The notes: generated from the letters alone by a model not told the origin. Shown: positions 1 to 10,887, numbered from the stretch's first letter. The stretch is DNA of 64,000 nucleotides from Candidatus Kapaibacterium sp. (GCA_963664875.1 OY761611.1:1056001-1120000); one strand, 5' to 3'. Made by a program: numbers and translations.

Positions 1-2
1 GA

Positions 3-122
3 TATGCAGGATTTTATATAGAGTTTGGTAGTAGCGATTCAATGATAGAAGATATAAAACCAAGAGACAAGCAATATGAAGCACTAATAAATGTAGGCTA
101 TACAATCAATTTTGATTTGTAA
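3..122 (+). CDS. 3' end of a CDS entering from the left edge, probably an outer-membrane beta-barrel protein
   Basis: Open frame YAGFYIEFGSSDSMIEDIKPRDKQYEALINVGYTINFDL* ending in an alternating hydrophobic/aromatic strand. Confidence 0.45.
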   Translation, partial: YAGFYIEFGSSDSMIEDIKPRDKQYEALINVGYTINFDL

Positions 123-254
123 ACGAATAATAAATATTGAGATTGGGACGAAATCCTCGAATTATATAATAAAATGAAAGATGAGTTAAATAGTTTATAA
201 TCTTCCACATGAGAACAGATAGCAATCCCGGGCAGCTGCATCTGTTCGTTTATA

Positions 255-2237
255 TTACTTCAAATTATATTCAAATTGCAGATAAATTCGGCGGTCAATG
301 GGTTGGAATGTTTCGTCCCAGCCGGAACTTAAGGTCAATTCGTCAGGCTTTTCGAGATATGAGTATCTCAGGGATAATTTGAAATCCGAAAGCATATATG
401 ATAAATATCCGGAGATGCGATAGCCTTTTAGATATAGTGATATAGTATTGGAATAACCGGGCAAAGCATATTCATAGTACCAAATCGCACTTTCATAGTC
501 ATCAGTTGCAAATTTTGCGACCGACAAGCCCAAATCTATTCCAAACTCGCTAATCAAAAAGGTTGATATATAAAATCCACCACCTTCGGCTATTTCAAGA
601 GGAATGTTAAAATTTGTATATTCCAACCCGGATTTTAGCCTTAAAGTCTGACCTACAAAATTATATTCCCTACGAAATTCCAATTTAATTCTCTGCTTAT
701 TGGCATCATAAAAGTCCTTATCTGTTTTTCCGGACACTAAACCATAATTCGTTTTAACTTCTCTTTTATAGAGTAGATTAAGATAGGAGCTTTGCCCCAG
801 TCTGTATTCTATATTGGTCAAAAAATCGTTCCCGGTAACTTTGCCAGGAACATAATATGTGGAGTCTTGCGAGGCAAATAAATCAAGATATGCTGAAAAT
901 TTTATGTTATAATACCTAACTGTACTAAATGCCAAATATATCCCTCTTTCATTAGAAGGATAAGAAAATTCTCCAAATGCATTAGAAAAAGGCGATCTGA
1001 ATTGTTTGGAAAAATCTCTTATATTTAGAGCAAATTGTGCAAAATCTGTCTTTGCAAGAGCTCCAAAAGTAAATGCAGAGTTATTTTCTGAATCAAAGGC
1101 ATACTCGCCGCTAAGTTTGAAATTGTCCCAATGATCGGAACTAAACTGAAGCGACTTTAACATACCATGCTTTCCATAGAAATTTGAAGCACTTGAACTG
1201 TAAATTGGCATAGAATAATCAAGATACAAAAGTGAAGTCCCAAAGCGAAAATAATCAAAATCTAATTCCAGTCCACCTCCTGCAGCTATCTCACGGAATG
1301 CATTTTTTTTGGCTATCTCTGTATCAGATCTGTAATAAGCTGTTTGATAAACTGAAGATATATAGCTACCATCTTCATTTTCTTTAATATTTCCGGATTT
1401 CATCTGATTTGAATAGAAAAAGTCTATACCTAACGCCACTTCCCCAAAAAGTCTAATATCATCATATTTTCCTGCTATTCCTCTTAATCGTCTTGCTTCT
1501 AATGTCGAAGTATAGGGACGGTTGTCTCTGTAAGAATTCGCAATTGGAGCAATTACTTCTTTGCCTTTTCTTGGAGCAAATCCGGAAGCTAATATGAGTC
1601 CGCTCCCTCTTTTGGGATAGTAATCCCCAACAATAAGGTCGATTTCTTTATACTTGTAGTTGCAATAAGCCGAATAATAATCAAATACAAGCCTTTCTCC
1701 CGCATCTCTATCGCTCAGAAAACCGGCAGTTATATTAGTATTATCTGATAAATAGGAAGATGTCAATTTTTGATAGAAGTCTATGTTCCTCCCTTCGTAT
1801 TTTTGATACCCCTTGTTTTCGTCGGGTTCAAATCCTCTGATTTTCATAAGTTTATTAGCAGACCTTGCTCTGTAATTCAATCTAAATTGAGATATTGCAT
1901 CCTTTTCGGCAGGAATTTTCACACAAAGCAATAGCAAGTCAACTTCATAATCTCTGAAGCTACCTGTGCTAAGTAAATATTCTTTCGTAAATTTGTTTTT
2001 CTTTAAAGCATCATTTACAATGTCAATTTGAAATTGAGACAAAAATATAAGTTTATTTGTTTCTTCCGGCTTATCGATGTCAAGCAATATTGGTTGAAGT
2101 AAAAGCTCTTCTATTTCGTTTAGTAACTCGCTCTGCTCACTTTCATTACCAAATTGTTCTAAAACGACCTCAAGGTTAGGCTCTTGCGAGTACGAAATAT
2201 AAGTTGCTAAAATCAGAGCAAAAATAAATCTGAACAT
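255..2237 (-). CDS. ComEA/helix-hairpin-helix-type outer-membrane protein (Bacteroidota-type, ~660 aa)
   Basis: Signal peptide MFRFIFALILATYISYS (ATG 2237 preferred over the track start at 2330, which overlaps the divergent gene). Degenerate HhH-like N-terminal region, motifs DRDAGE, IVGDYYPKRGSGL and NERGIY, C-terminal strand LQFEYNLK. Confidence 0.65.
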   Translation of the reverse strand: MFRFIFALILATYISYSQEPNLEVVLEQFGNESEQSELLNEIEELLLQPILLDIDKPEETNKLIFLSQFQIDIVNDALKKNKFTKEYLLSTGSFRDYEVDLLLLCVKIPAEKDAISQFRLNYRARSANKLMKIRGFEPDENKGYQKYEGRNIDFYQKLTSSYLSDNTNITAGFLSDRDAGERLVFDYYSAYCNYKYKEIDLIVGDYYPKRGSGLILASGFAPRKGKEVIAPIANSYRDNRPYTSTLEARRLRGIAGKYDDIRLFGEVALGIDFFYSNQMKSGNIKENEDGSYISSVYQTAYYRSDTEIAKKNAFREIAAGGGLELDFDYFRFGTSLLYLDYSMPIYSSSASNFYGKHGMLKSLQFSSDHWDNFKLSGEYAFDSENNSAFTFGALAKTDFAQFALNIRDFSKQFRSPFSNAFGEFSYPSNERGIYLAFSTVRYYNIKFSAYLDLFASQDSTYYVPGKVTGNDFLTNIEYRLGQSSYLNLLYKREVKTNYGLVSGKTDKDFYDANKQRIKLEFRREYNFVGQTLRLKSGLEYTNFNIPLEIAEGGGFYISTFLISEFGIDLGLSVAKFATDDYESAIWYYEYALPGYSNTISLYLKGYRISGYLSYMLSDFKLSLRYSYLEKPDELTLSSGWDETFQPIDRRIYLQFEYNLK

Positions 2238-2291
2238 ATATAGCCTCAATGAAATATATCGACTAAACAAAATAAAAATAAGATTATTAAT

Positions 2292-2798
2292 ATGCAAGAA
2301 TATATAATAGATGCACACAACGTCATACATACAAACTCACAATTCAGAAACCAAATTTCTCAGGGAATAGATGCTGCAAGAATGGCACTACTAAATGCTA
2401 TAGAATCATACGCTCAGGACTATCCAAGTTATACTTTCACTGTAGTTTTTGATGGTAGAAATGCAGGAATTGGTTCGGCTTACAGAATGATAAAAGTGCA
2501 GTATTCAAACAACAAATCTGCTGACGAACTGATAAAAAAAAGAATAAGGAAACTTTCCGGCAACAGAAATGTAATAATAGTAAGTAGCGACACTGAAATA
2601 CATAACTTTGCGAGAATAAATGCTATGCAGGTAGAAAGTGCAACACAGTTTGCACAAAGGATTCTATCAGGCAAAAGGAAAAACAGCTCTGCAGGTAAAT
2701 CTGCCAAATACAAAGCTGACAAATTTCAGAGCGAAAAACCAAATTCAGTTTCTAAAAGAGAAATCGAAGAAATGAAAAAACTTTTTGGTCTAAACTAA
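2292..2798 (+). CDS. NYN/PIN-domain ribonuclease, YacP/Rae1-like
   Basis: Acidic PIN motifs YIIDAHN, VVFDG, SADELI, IVSSD. Confidence 0.8.
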   Translation: MQEYIIDAHNVIHTNSQFRNQISQGIDAARMALLNAIESYAQDYPSYTFTVVFDGRNAGIGSAYRMIKVQYSNNKSADELIKKRIRKLSGNRNVIIVSSDTEIHNFARINAMQVESATQFAQRILSGKRKNSSAGKSAKYKADKFQSEKPNSVSKREIEEMKKLFGLN

Positions 2799-2845
2799 TT
2801 TTTATATCTTTGATAAGTCAATAAACTAAATAAATCGGGGTTATT

Positions 2846-3742
2846 ATGAAAAATATTCTTCTTGTTCTTGCCTTGTTTCTATTGATACCAACTTGTTTTA
2901 TGGCTGCTGAAATCGAAGCACATGTATCTGTAAATATGGAACAGCTCAATCAGGAACAACAAATCAATGTAAGCTCTATGCAGGGAGACGTAGAAAGCTA
3001 TTTGAATTCTACTCAGTTTACAGATATAGAGTGGGAAGGTCCTGCAATCCCCGTCGATGTAGCTATCTTTCTCACCGGAGGTAACGGCTATAAATATTCA
3101 GCTAGAGTCTTTATCTCTGCAAAACGCTATCTCTACGGTTCAGAAGGTGCTACTGTAACCGTAAATTTTATAGATGACAAATGGAGCTTCGAATATGCTC
3201 GCAATGCAGTCTTTTCTTATGACCCAAATAGGTTCCATGAGTTTTCATCTTTGTTAGATTTTTATATGCTTTTGATTATTGGAATGGATGCCGATACTTA
3301 CGAAGATGGTTCAGGTTATCCAATATACGAAAAAGCCAAAAATGTAGTTCGTTTAGGTAGCAATGCCAATGCTAACGGATTTGAAACATATTCACAACCA
3401 GGCGATTTCACAAGATATAATTTGGTAAACGAATTAACTGACCCTACTTACGACCCATTTAAAACTCTTGTTTTTGAATATTATGTAGATGGCTTAGACC
3501 AAATGTCAGTTAATAAAGATGAGGCAACTGCCGTTATTGCAGAAATTATATCAGACATGGCAGAGTTTAAGAAAAACAAGTTAGTTCGTTCAAGTATGTT
3601 TGTTTCTCTTTGGTTTGCAACTAAATATAGAGAGCTGGCTACTCTGTTTGAGGGCTATAAGGATACTCAGGTATTTCAGGATTTAATCTATTTGGATCCG
3701 ACTAATAGTTCTGTCTATATAGAAGCTCAAGATGCAAAATAA
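2846..3742 (+). CDS. porD: DUF4835 family protein (T9SS component PorD-like)
   Basis: Signal peptide, ~300 aa, motifs EIEAHVSVN, LNSTQFT, DDKWSFEY, LLDFYMLLIIGMDADTY, YYVDGLDQM, LDPTN. Confidence 0.7.
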   Translation: MKNILLVLALFLLIPTCFMAAEIEAHVSVNMEQLNQEQQINVSSMQGDVESYLNSTQFTDIEWEGPAIPVDVAIFLTGGNGYKYSARVFISAKRYLYGSEGATVTVNFIDDKWSFEYARNAVFSYDPNRFHEFSSLLDFYMLLIIGMDADTYEDGSGYPIYEKAKNVVRLGSNANANGFETYSQPGDFTRYNLVNELTDPTYDPFKTLVFEYYVDGLDQMSVNKDEATAVIAEIISDMAEFKKNKLVRSSMFVSLWFATKYRELATLFEGYKDTQVFQDLIYLDPTNSSVYIEAQDAK

Positions 3743-3765
3743 TACTTCCCCTCACAATCTTTAAC

Positions 3766-3804
3766 AAAACGCCTTGCGATTGCAACAATCACGAGGCGTT
3801 TTTT
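3766..3804. terminator. Bidirectional intrinsic terminator between convergent genes
   Basis: AAAACGCCTTGCGATTG-caa-CAATCACGAGGCGTTTTTT hairpin with A and T tails. Confidence 0.8.
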
Positions 3805-3829
3805 AGTTAAGTTACAATTGCTCCACTAT

Positions 3830-4042
3830 TTAACCCAGAATTTCTAATGCTCTCTGCTTTTGATTTGGAAACAAATCTGCAGGTACCGCAGGTTTTCCCA
3901 GTTTCTTCATAACCATATACCTTGCACAACCTGCATAATCTGTTTGGCAGTATTTTTTTTTGTACATATCTGCCATTGCAGGCATATTATTCATTTTGTC
4001 ATTAAAAAAAGGACAGCCGCTCATACATTCACAGTTTCCCAT
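3830..4042 (-). CDS. Small Cys-rich hypothetical protein, possibly metal-binding
   Basis: 70 aa, AGGAG Shine-Dalgarno upstream, pattern CECxxGCPFF...YC...CARY...VPADLFPN. Confidence 0.75.
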   Translation of the reverse strand: MGNCECMSGCPFFNDKMNNMPAMADMYKKKYCQTDYAGCARYMVMKKLGKPAVPADLFPNQKQRALEILG

Positions 4043-4484
4043 TGAGTATCTCCTATATTTGACCTTCGCTAATGTAATAAACGAACAAGATTGAAAATTA
4101 TGAAATCAATAACATTATATTGTTGTATAATTTTTCATTTTTAATGAGATTCTGTTTAGTTATTAGCCGGTTCTATGTTCTATATTTCGAGCAGATTGTC
4201 TGTTATTCCCATTTTTGATGCCGAATCTGCATATCCTTCAGTAGCACTATATATCCATGTGCAATATATTTTGATTAAAAAAATAATTTCGGGAAATCAA
4301 TTTTTGTCAATTATCAAGGACTCTAAGATGATTTGCATAGTGAAGCATTCAACATACAGTTTGCTATTCAAATCAGCACATTAGAAAATATTTTTAGGCT
4401 AGGCTAAATATTTTAAAATAAGACTTATATAGTCTCCGTTTTAGTAAGAAAAATATACTTCAATTATAAATCATAGAGGAAAAT

Positions 4485-5075
4485 ATGATAAAAGGCATAA
4501 TTTTCGCAATTTTTCTGGCTTTCTTGGGCTATTCAAATGCAGTTAGCTCAGATCACAAAATAGATGCACAGAAAAGTGAAATAAAATGGGTTGGCAAAAA
4601 GATACTTGGACAGCACGACGGAACTATCAACTTCAAGGATGGATATTTGAAATTTGATGGTGACAAACTTGTTGGAGGAGCCTTCACGGTTGACATGACT
4701 TCCATCAAAGTAAAAGATATCGAAGATGCTTCATACAACAAAAAACTTGTGGATCACTTAGAATCTGATGATTTCTTTTCAGTGAAATCACACAAAACTG
4801 CAGAGCTAAAAATTACTAAAGTAAACAAAACCAAATCTGAAAACGGTTGGGATTTTTATCAGGTTTTTGGCGATATGAAGATAAAAGGCATAAGCAATCA
4901 GGTAAAATTTATTGCAAAAGTAAAGAAATCTGATGCAGGTGTGCAGGCAGAAGCCAAAATTGAACTTGACAGAACTAAATGGAATGTACAATACGGTTCA
5001 TCAAGCTTCTTTGACTCACTTGGTGACAAAGCAATATATGATGATTTTGAGTTGGAGATTTATATCAAAATCTAA
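4485..5075 (+). CDS. yceI: YceI family polyisoprenoid-binding protein
   Basis: Signal peptide, motifs SEIKWVGKK, HDGTI, VDMTSI, DHLESDDFF, LDRTKWNVQYGS. Confidence 0.9.
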   Translation: MIKGIIFAIFLAFLGYSNAVSSDHKIDAQKSEIKWVGKKILGQHDGTINFKDGYLKFDGDKLVGGAFTVDMTSIKVKDIEDASYNKKLVDHLESDDFFSVKSHKTAELKITKVNKTKSENGWDFYQVFGDMKIKGISNQVKFIAKVKKSDAGVQAEAKIELDRTKWNVQYGSSSFFDSLGDKAIYDDFELEIYIKI

Positions 5076-5115
5076 AATGACTCATATAGATTTTATCTGA
5101 TAAATTTATACATTG

Positions 5116-5155
5116 AAGCGAACTGTTTTTACTTAAAGGCAGTTCGCTTTTTTTT
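5116..5155 (+). terminator. Intrinsic terminator
   Basis: AAGCGAACTG...CAGTTCGCTT followed by a T run. Confidence 0.8.
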
Positions 5156-5255
5156 GAGTAGTAACTTTTTTAGAACGAATGTGTCAATCTAATTGAGCAA
5201 TTTGATTCGATAAGTGTAATACTCTACAACTTAGAAACAATAAACCGAGGTCGAT

Positions 5256-8200
5256 ATGAGATATTTCTTACCATTGATTATGTTAGGCTTGTTCTGCTTA
5301 GATTTAAATGCAAAAGATACATATACTTTTAAATTGGCAAATGACTTTGATCCCGCTGTGGAGCAATTTATAAATAACTCCCATATTTTTGCTGCTCCTG
5401 ATTTTGATTCGTTCAAAATTAAAGTTGAAAAATTGAGCTACAAAAAAGCTGACGGGATAAATTCAAATTATAATAATTTGACACATCTTTGGGCATCCAA
5501 TCCCTTGCCTTCTATTAACTATCAAGGCAAAAAACGACATTTGGATTTAGTCCGTATTGACTTCCCTGTTTTTAAGCATTCCCCGCAAGCTGATTCTGTT
5601 TTGGTAGAATGTATATACTCGGTTGACTATGGTACTACAATCCCAAAAGTCATTACTAAAATTGATAAATTCCAAATAGCTGCATTCGCAGAAGTACAAA
5701 ACACAGACAAGCTACCTGCTTTGTTTTCACTCAAAAAGTCAAATTCGAAAGACAGGTTGCTTGCAGATAAAAATTGGATTGACAACAACCTTGACTATCT
5801 CAAACTAACTACAAAAGAAGATGGAATAGCAGCAGTTCCAACCGACAGAATTTTAGAAATATACCCATCTTGGGAAGGTCTGCCTGTTTCTAATATCCAA
5901 CTTTTGCATAATTCAGAGAAATACCCTGTATTCTTCTCTTCAAACTACTTGCAAAGTGACGGCATGATTTACTTCAAAGCTAAGCGTGCCTCCGGCGATA
6001 CAACCCATTATGACAACTATGCCGGCGAAGAACCTTTCTTTCTTGTGCGAAATAACAACGATATGCCTCTAAGCATAAATAATTTGGGTCAATCTTCCAA
6101 TCCGACTGCAACGATAAATAAAGTAAATATAAATCAGCATATAGAAAAAGAATCTGAATATAGCTTTGGTGATACAGTCTATTCCCACTACACTCTGCCT
6201 TTTGAAGGCTGGTACTGGGATATATTTGACAAGTTCGAAAAACCGGGATCGATTGCTACTAAAAGGTTTTATTATAATCATGTGATAACTCCTGCAGACG
6301 AACCTCTCTCTATAAGGCTAAAGTACAACACTCAGTTAAATTATGATGCTTCACGCTCCGATTTTGGAATTGCAATGCGTTTGAATGGTGAAGTTCACGA
6401 TTCTGTATATATTAAAGCATTGGGAGAAGGCTTTTTCGAGAACAATCCTTCTGATCAGCTTTATCCCGGAGGTCTGACTTTTGATATTCGTTCCCATGGC
6501 TATAAGGATGATATAGGCAGAGTTGGGGTTGATTACATAGAAATAGCAGGAAATGTAATTCCGTTTGCTCACAATGGCTCAGCAGAATTTTCAATACCTA
6601 AGCAATCTTCTGATTTCAAGGTTGTTATTCCGGGTTTTTCCGGCTCTTCAATCGTTGCGTATGACACACTGAATAATGCAATCGCTTTCCTTGAAGCTAC
6701 TCCCGGTACAAGTTTTAGAATAAATGCAAAAAATGAAGATGTTTCACACACATCAATTGTAATAAATGACAGCATTTACTCATCTGATTTGGCAGGCTTG
6801 CATATAGCTTCGCTCGATTCTAAAGGTCTATGGAAAACAGAATATTTCGCTGCTAATAACGACGCAGCTGCAAATGCACTTCAAGCCTTGTCAGGCAGAG
6901 GTTTTGCCATAACTATCAATCAATTCCCAATTTCAGACAAAATCAGAACAGCTTTAAATAACCTTGGAGCAAAAAATCTTCCAAACGGCAATATGGATGT
7001 TTATTGCCTTTATGGTGCAGCTAACCAAATTAAAGAAAAACTCGGGACTAATAATCTCGGTGTTGTTGAGTTTATTGACCATTCGGCAGGACTGTCCTAT
7101 AAAGCAGAATTAAAATTGAAAGCCAACACTAATTACCACTTTGTTGTCGTAGATAATAAGCACATCGACAATACAAATCTATATATGGTTGAAAAACCTG
7201 ATTTATTAGCTCAGGACAAAGAATATAAAGCAATAGTGCTGACGCATACAGAGCTTATTCCTTCTGCTATAGCATACAAAAACTACAGAGAAGCTCAAAA
7301 TATAGATGTGAAAATTGTAGATGTAAACAACATTTATAATTTTTACAACTACGGAAAAAAATCTCCTTATGCTATAAAAGAATATCTGGCTGATATTTAT
7401 AATACTTGGAATACGCCAATTCCTACTCATGTTGTCATCATAGGTGATGCCAGCTGGGACAACAGAAACGTCATGGGATTTGATAAAACTTTTGACTTTG
7501 TCCCTGCTTATGGGTGGCCTGTTACCGATTATTGGTATGTAACTCTTGACAGCCCGGCTGACCAACTGGGTGATTTTTCAATTGGCAGAATTCCTGTCAA
7601 TAACAATCAGGAAATGATAGATTATATAGACAAAATTCGAGCTTATGAAACGGCTACAAAATCTCCTTGGATGAAACGATTTATGCACTTGAGTGGCGGC
7701 GGAGATGCAGCTGAAATAAAGAAAATATATGACAAGTCAAAGATTCATGGCATGCTTCTAAACCAGCAACCACTTAATGCAGACACTGTTCACATTGTCA
7801 AACCGGTGGGTGATGTTGTCAGCGAAGCAGTGGCAAGTAAGATAAAAAATGAAATCAATAACGGCGTCAATTTTATAACTTTCTTTGGTCATGGCTCTCC
7901 TGAAGTATTTGACATTGAGGGTTGGCAGGTCGAAAAACTAAATAATCAGGATAGATATTTTGGTTTACTCACTCTTGCCTGCAATGCCGGTGCTTTTGCA
8001 GAACCTTTTTTCAAAAAATGCAGAAACGAATCCTACGTAGTCGCTGCCAATAAAGGGGCTATTATGGCTGTGGGTGGCACCGGAGTGGAAAATATCGCAC
8101 ATGTGGACACTTGGGCACAATTTTACTGGGAAGGTGCAATTCGTAAAGATTTGAATATCAGAAATTACGGCGAGTTGGTTACTTATACAAAATCAGCGAT

Positions 8201-10868
8201 TCCTCTCAGCCAAGGATATATCCCGGTTCGTTTTCAGACTAATTTTATTGGTGACCCATTAGTAGATATGAGAATCGAAAAAAATCCGGATCCATATTTA
8301 AGCAAAAACTTTACATCACTTACAAATGAACAAGGCTCAAAAGAATTTACTGATGAAAACGAGACAATTAAAATTAACGGAACTATATATAACGCAGGTA
8401 CTTCGTACACTGATTCAGTAAAGTTACGTCTGAGCTATACCTTTGAAGGCACGGAAACAACTCAGGATATTCAGTACCTTTATTTATTCAATTCCACTGA
8501 CTTTAGTTTTGTAATTCCTATCAAAGGAAAACCCGGTAAATTTAATATTAAAATAGAAATAGATCCTGAAGGCAAAATTCAAAATGACGATTTGAGCAAC
8601 AATGTCCTGCTCTATGATGTAGATGTGTACAAACGAGGTTTACTTCCTTTAGAGCCTCTCTCCTATTGGAATATCAATGGACAAAATCCTACTTTCAGAT
8701 TTATCAATCCTCTAACAGGTAGTTTTTCTTATCGTTTTATGATTACAGAAAACAAAGGTGATACTCTGTCGCCGCTATTTGTTTCGCAGGATTCGGAGAT
8801 TGACCTTCGGGAAAACTTTATCCTTTGGAACTCAACTGCCTCTCTTTCATTGGGCAAAAACTACTGGATTGCTGCTAAGCCGATTGACGCTGATATTACA
8901 AAACCATACACAGATTGGCTTTGGATACCGGTGCATGTCGAATCAGTCGAACCAAATCTGGCTTCTTACAAAAAGTCTAACAATTATTTAGAAGCTCACA
9001 ATTTCACAAATGTAGAAATAAAAGACTCAGACGGCATGCAACGCATTGCACTTAATGACGTTGCTTCGGAATTTTACCTCGTATCTATCAAAGGTTACAA
9101 TCTCGATGGTGTAAATACCAGATGGGCAACTGTAACTGTTGATAACCAAACCTACGTTGATATTTGGAGTGCCCGTGGTTTTAATGTTGTTACTTATCCA
9201 AAGTATATTGGCGGAGGTTCGCCTCGATATAAAAGATTTGACTGTTACAGACCCGATCCGAGCACAGATGAAAATCTCGACAATGTATATGCTTTACACC
9301 ATTTTCTTCGTGATTCTGTAAGTGCTGACGAATACCTCGCACTTGCAACTTGCGATAACTCATTAGCGTGGCAGGAACAAATTCAGCAAAAAACTCCATC
9401 CGATTTCGGTAGTCTCGACACTTTAAAAAATCTATTGAAAATGTATGGTGCTACTCGCATTGACTCTATCAATTCTCAGGTTTCTTATGCACTGTTTTCT
9501 TGGAAAGGAGCTAGCCCGGAAGAAGCAACTGAAGCAATCAATATGCTTAAAGATTCGGCTAAAGTGGAAGGGCAAATGACACTTTACAGAAACGAAGGTG
9601 TATTCTCTTCTGAAAAAATAGGTCCTGCTCAGAAGTGGAATTATATTCAAGTTGATGGAAATGATATCGAAAATTCTACACTTAGTGTTTCTATTTACGA
9701 TACTTTAAGTGTTGAAACCGTTTTTGGCGAATTTGAAATTGGAAAACAAATTGATTTGTCTGCCATAGATGCAAGTCTTTATCCGTATTTATCTTATAAA
9801 GTAAATTTGAAAAGGAATTCGACCACCCAAACACCTTCGATATCTTCTGTTGCTATCAGGTACAACCCTTCTCCGGAAATGGCAATAAAGAAATCTACTT
9901 TTGAGCTTGCAGAAAAAGAAATAATGCGTGGGGAAACAAACAGAGCTTATGTTGAAGCTGAAAATATTTCAGGCAGATCTACTATGACAAAATCGGACGT
10001 TCAGATAGATATTTTCAAAAATCAATCTCTATCTGAAAGTACCATTTACGAAATAGCTCAAATGCCTGTGGACGCCGGCACAGAAATAGAAAAGATTTTT
10101 GATACTGCAGGCTTATCAGAATCCAATCATATTGAAATTGAAATTAACCCGTATAAAAGGCATTTTAGCGAGCTTTATTCCGGCAATAATTCTATTTCGG
10201 AAGAATTTGTGCTTACTGAAGATACTATCCGACCGACTGCTGTAATCCTTGCTGATGATAATATCATCCAAAACGGCAGCTATATCTCAAACAACCCTCT
10301 TTTCGAACTAAGAGTCTTTGACAATTCACCTTTGGAATTTTCTGAAGGATTAGAGCAGGCTATTAGGCTAAACGGCAAATACTACACAGAGGACAACGCT
10401 GCTTTTTACGATTTGCAACTAATTGAAAACTCCGAAGAAAATCTGAAAGCAGTATTACAGGTTAAAACTGACACAATCAAATACGAAGAGTCTCTTTTAA
10501 TAGGTTATATAATGGATGCAACCGGAAATAGAGACACCATTGAATATTACCTCAATACAACTACAAAATCGCAGATTAACGAAGTTAAAGCTTCACCAAA
10601 TCCGTTTACCGACAAAACAAATATAGAGTTTACACTACTTTCAGCAAGCTCAGAAGGTAATGTAGAAATAGCTGTTTTCAGTGCAGAGGGGTCTTTGGTG
10701 AAAAGACTTGTTTTGGAAAACCTCAAAGTAGGCAAAAACAGTATCGAATGGGATGGCAATGATGAAAACGGGATCAAAGTACCCGTAGGTGCCTATTATT
10801 TCAGTGTCATAAGGAATTCCGGCATATTCACAGAGGAATCTTACGGTAAGCTGATAATGATAAAATAG
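5256..10868 (+). CDS. Large C25 (gingipain/PorU-like) cysteine peptidase with CARDB-like Ig domains and T9SS/FlgD-Ig C-terminal domain
   Basis: Signal peptide, IIGDASWD, TDYWYV, IGRIPV, catalytic-type His (FFGHGS) and Cys (LACNAG), FIGDP, CARDB-like IDPEGKIQNDDLSNN, C-terminal ASPNPF...WDGNDENG...GAYYF...GKLIMIK. Confidence 0.85.
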   Translation: MRYFLPLIMLGLFCLDLNAKDTYTFKLANDFDPAVEQFINNSHIFAAPDFDSFKIKVEKLSYKKADGINSNYNNLTHLWASNPLPSINYQGKKRHLDLVRIDFPVFKHSPQADSVLVECIYSVDYGTTIPKVITKIDKFQIAAFAEVQNTDKLPALFSLKKSNSKDRLLADKNWIDNNLDYLKLTTKEDGIAAVPTDRILEIYPSWEGLPVSNIQLLHNSEKYPVFFSSNYLQSDGMIYFKAKRASGDTTHYDNYAGEEPFFLVRNNNDMPLSINNLGQSSNPTATINKVNINQHIEKESEYSFGDTVYSHYTLPFEGWYWDIFDKFEKPGSIATKRFYYNHVITPADEPLSIRLKYNTQLNYDASRSDFGIAMRLNGEVHDSVYIKALGEGFFENNPSDQLYPGGLTFDIRSHGYKDDIGRVGVDYIEIAGNVIPFAHNGSAEFSIPKQSSDFKVVIPGFSGSSIVAYDTLNNAIAFLEATPGTSFRINAKNEDVSHTSIVINDSIYSSDLAGLHIASLDSKGLWKTEYFAANNDAAANALQALSGRGFAITINQFPISDKIRTALNNLGAKNLPNGNMDVYCLYGAANQIKEKLGTNNLGVVEFIDHSAGLSYKAELKLKANTNYHFVVVDNKHIDNTNLYMVEKPDLLAQDKEYKAIVLTHTELIPSAIAYKNYREAQNIDVKIVDVNNIYNFYNYGKKSPYAIKEYLADIYNTWNTPIPTHVVIIGDASWDNRNVMGFDKTFDFVPAYGWPVTDYWYVTLDSPADQLGDFSIGRIPVNNNQEMIDYIDKIRAYETATKSPWMKRFMHLSGGGDAAEIKKIYDKSKIHGMLLNQQPLNADTVHIVKPVGDVVSEAVASKIKNEINNGVNFITFFGHGSPEVFDIEGWQVEKLNNQDRYFGLLTLACNAGAFAEPFFKKCRNESYVVAANKGAIMAVGGTGVENIAHVDTWAQFYWEGAIRKDLNIRNYGELVTYTKSAIPLSQGYIPVRFQTNFIGDPLVDMRIEKNPDPYLSKNFTSLTNEQGSKEFTDENETIKINGTIYNAGTSYTDSVKLRLSYTFEGTETTQDIQYLYLFNSTDFSFVIPIKGKPGKFNIKIEIDPEGKIQNDDLSNNVLLYDVDVYKRGLLPLEPLSYWNINGQNPTFRFINPLTGSFSYRFMITENKGDTLSPLFVSQDSEIDLRENFILWNSTASLSLGKNYWIAAKPIDADITKPYTDWLWIPVHVESVEPNLASYKKSNNYLEAHNFTNVEIKDSDGMQRIALNDVASEFYLVSIKGYNLDGVNTRWATVTVDNQTYVDIWSARGFNVVTYPKYIGGGSPRYKRFDCYRPDPSTDENLDNVYALHHFLRDSVSADEYLALATCDNSLAWQEQIQQKTPSDFGSLDTLKNLLKMYGATRIDSINSQVSYALFSWKGASPEEATEAINMLKDSAKVEGQMTLYRNEGVFSSEKIGPAQKWNYIQVDGNDIENSTLSVSIYDTLSVETVFGEFEIGKQIDLSAIDASLYPYLSYKVNLKRNSTTQTPSISSVAIRYNPSPEMAIKKSTFELAEKEIMRGETNRAYVEAENISGRSTMTKSDVQIDIFKNQSLSESTIYEIAQMPVDAGTEIEKIFDTAGLSESNHIEIEINPYKRHFSELYSGNNSISEEFVLTEDTIRPTAVILADDNIIQNGSYISNNPLFELRVFDNSPLEFSEGLEQAIRLNGKYYTEDNAAFYDLQLIENSEENLKAVLQVKTDTIKYEESLLIGYIMDATGNRDTIEYYLNTTTKSQINEVKASPNPFTDKTNIEFTLLSASSEGNVEIAVFSAEGSLVKRLVLENLKVGKNSIEWDGNDENGIKVPVGAYYFSVIRNSGIFTEESYGKLIMIK

Positions 10869-10887
10869 AATCTACCAACTCTATTAC

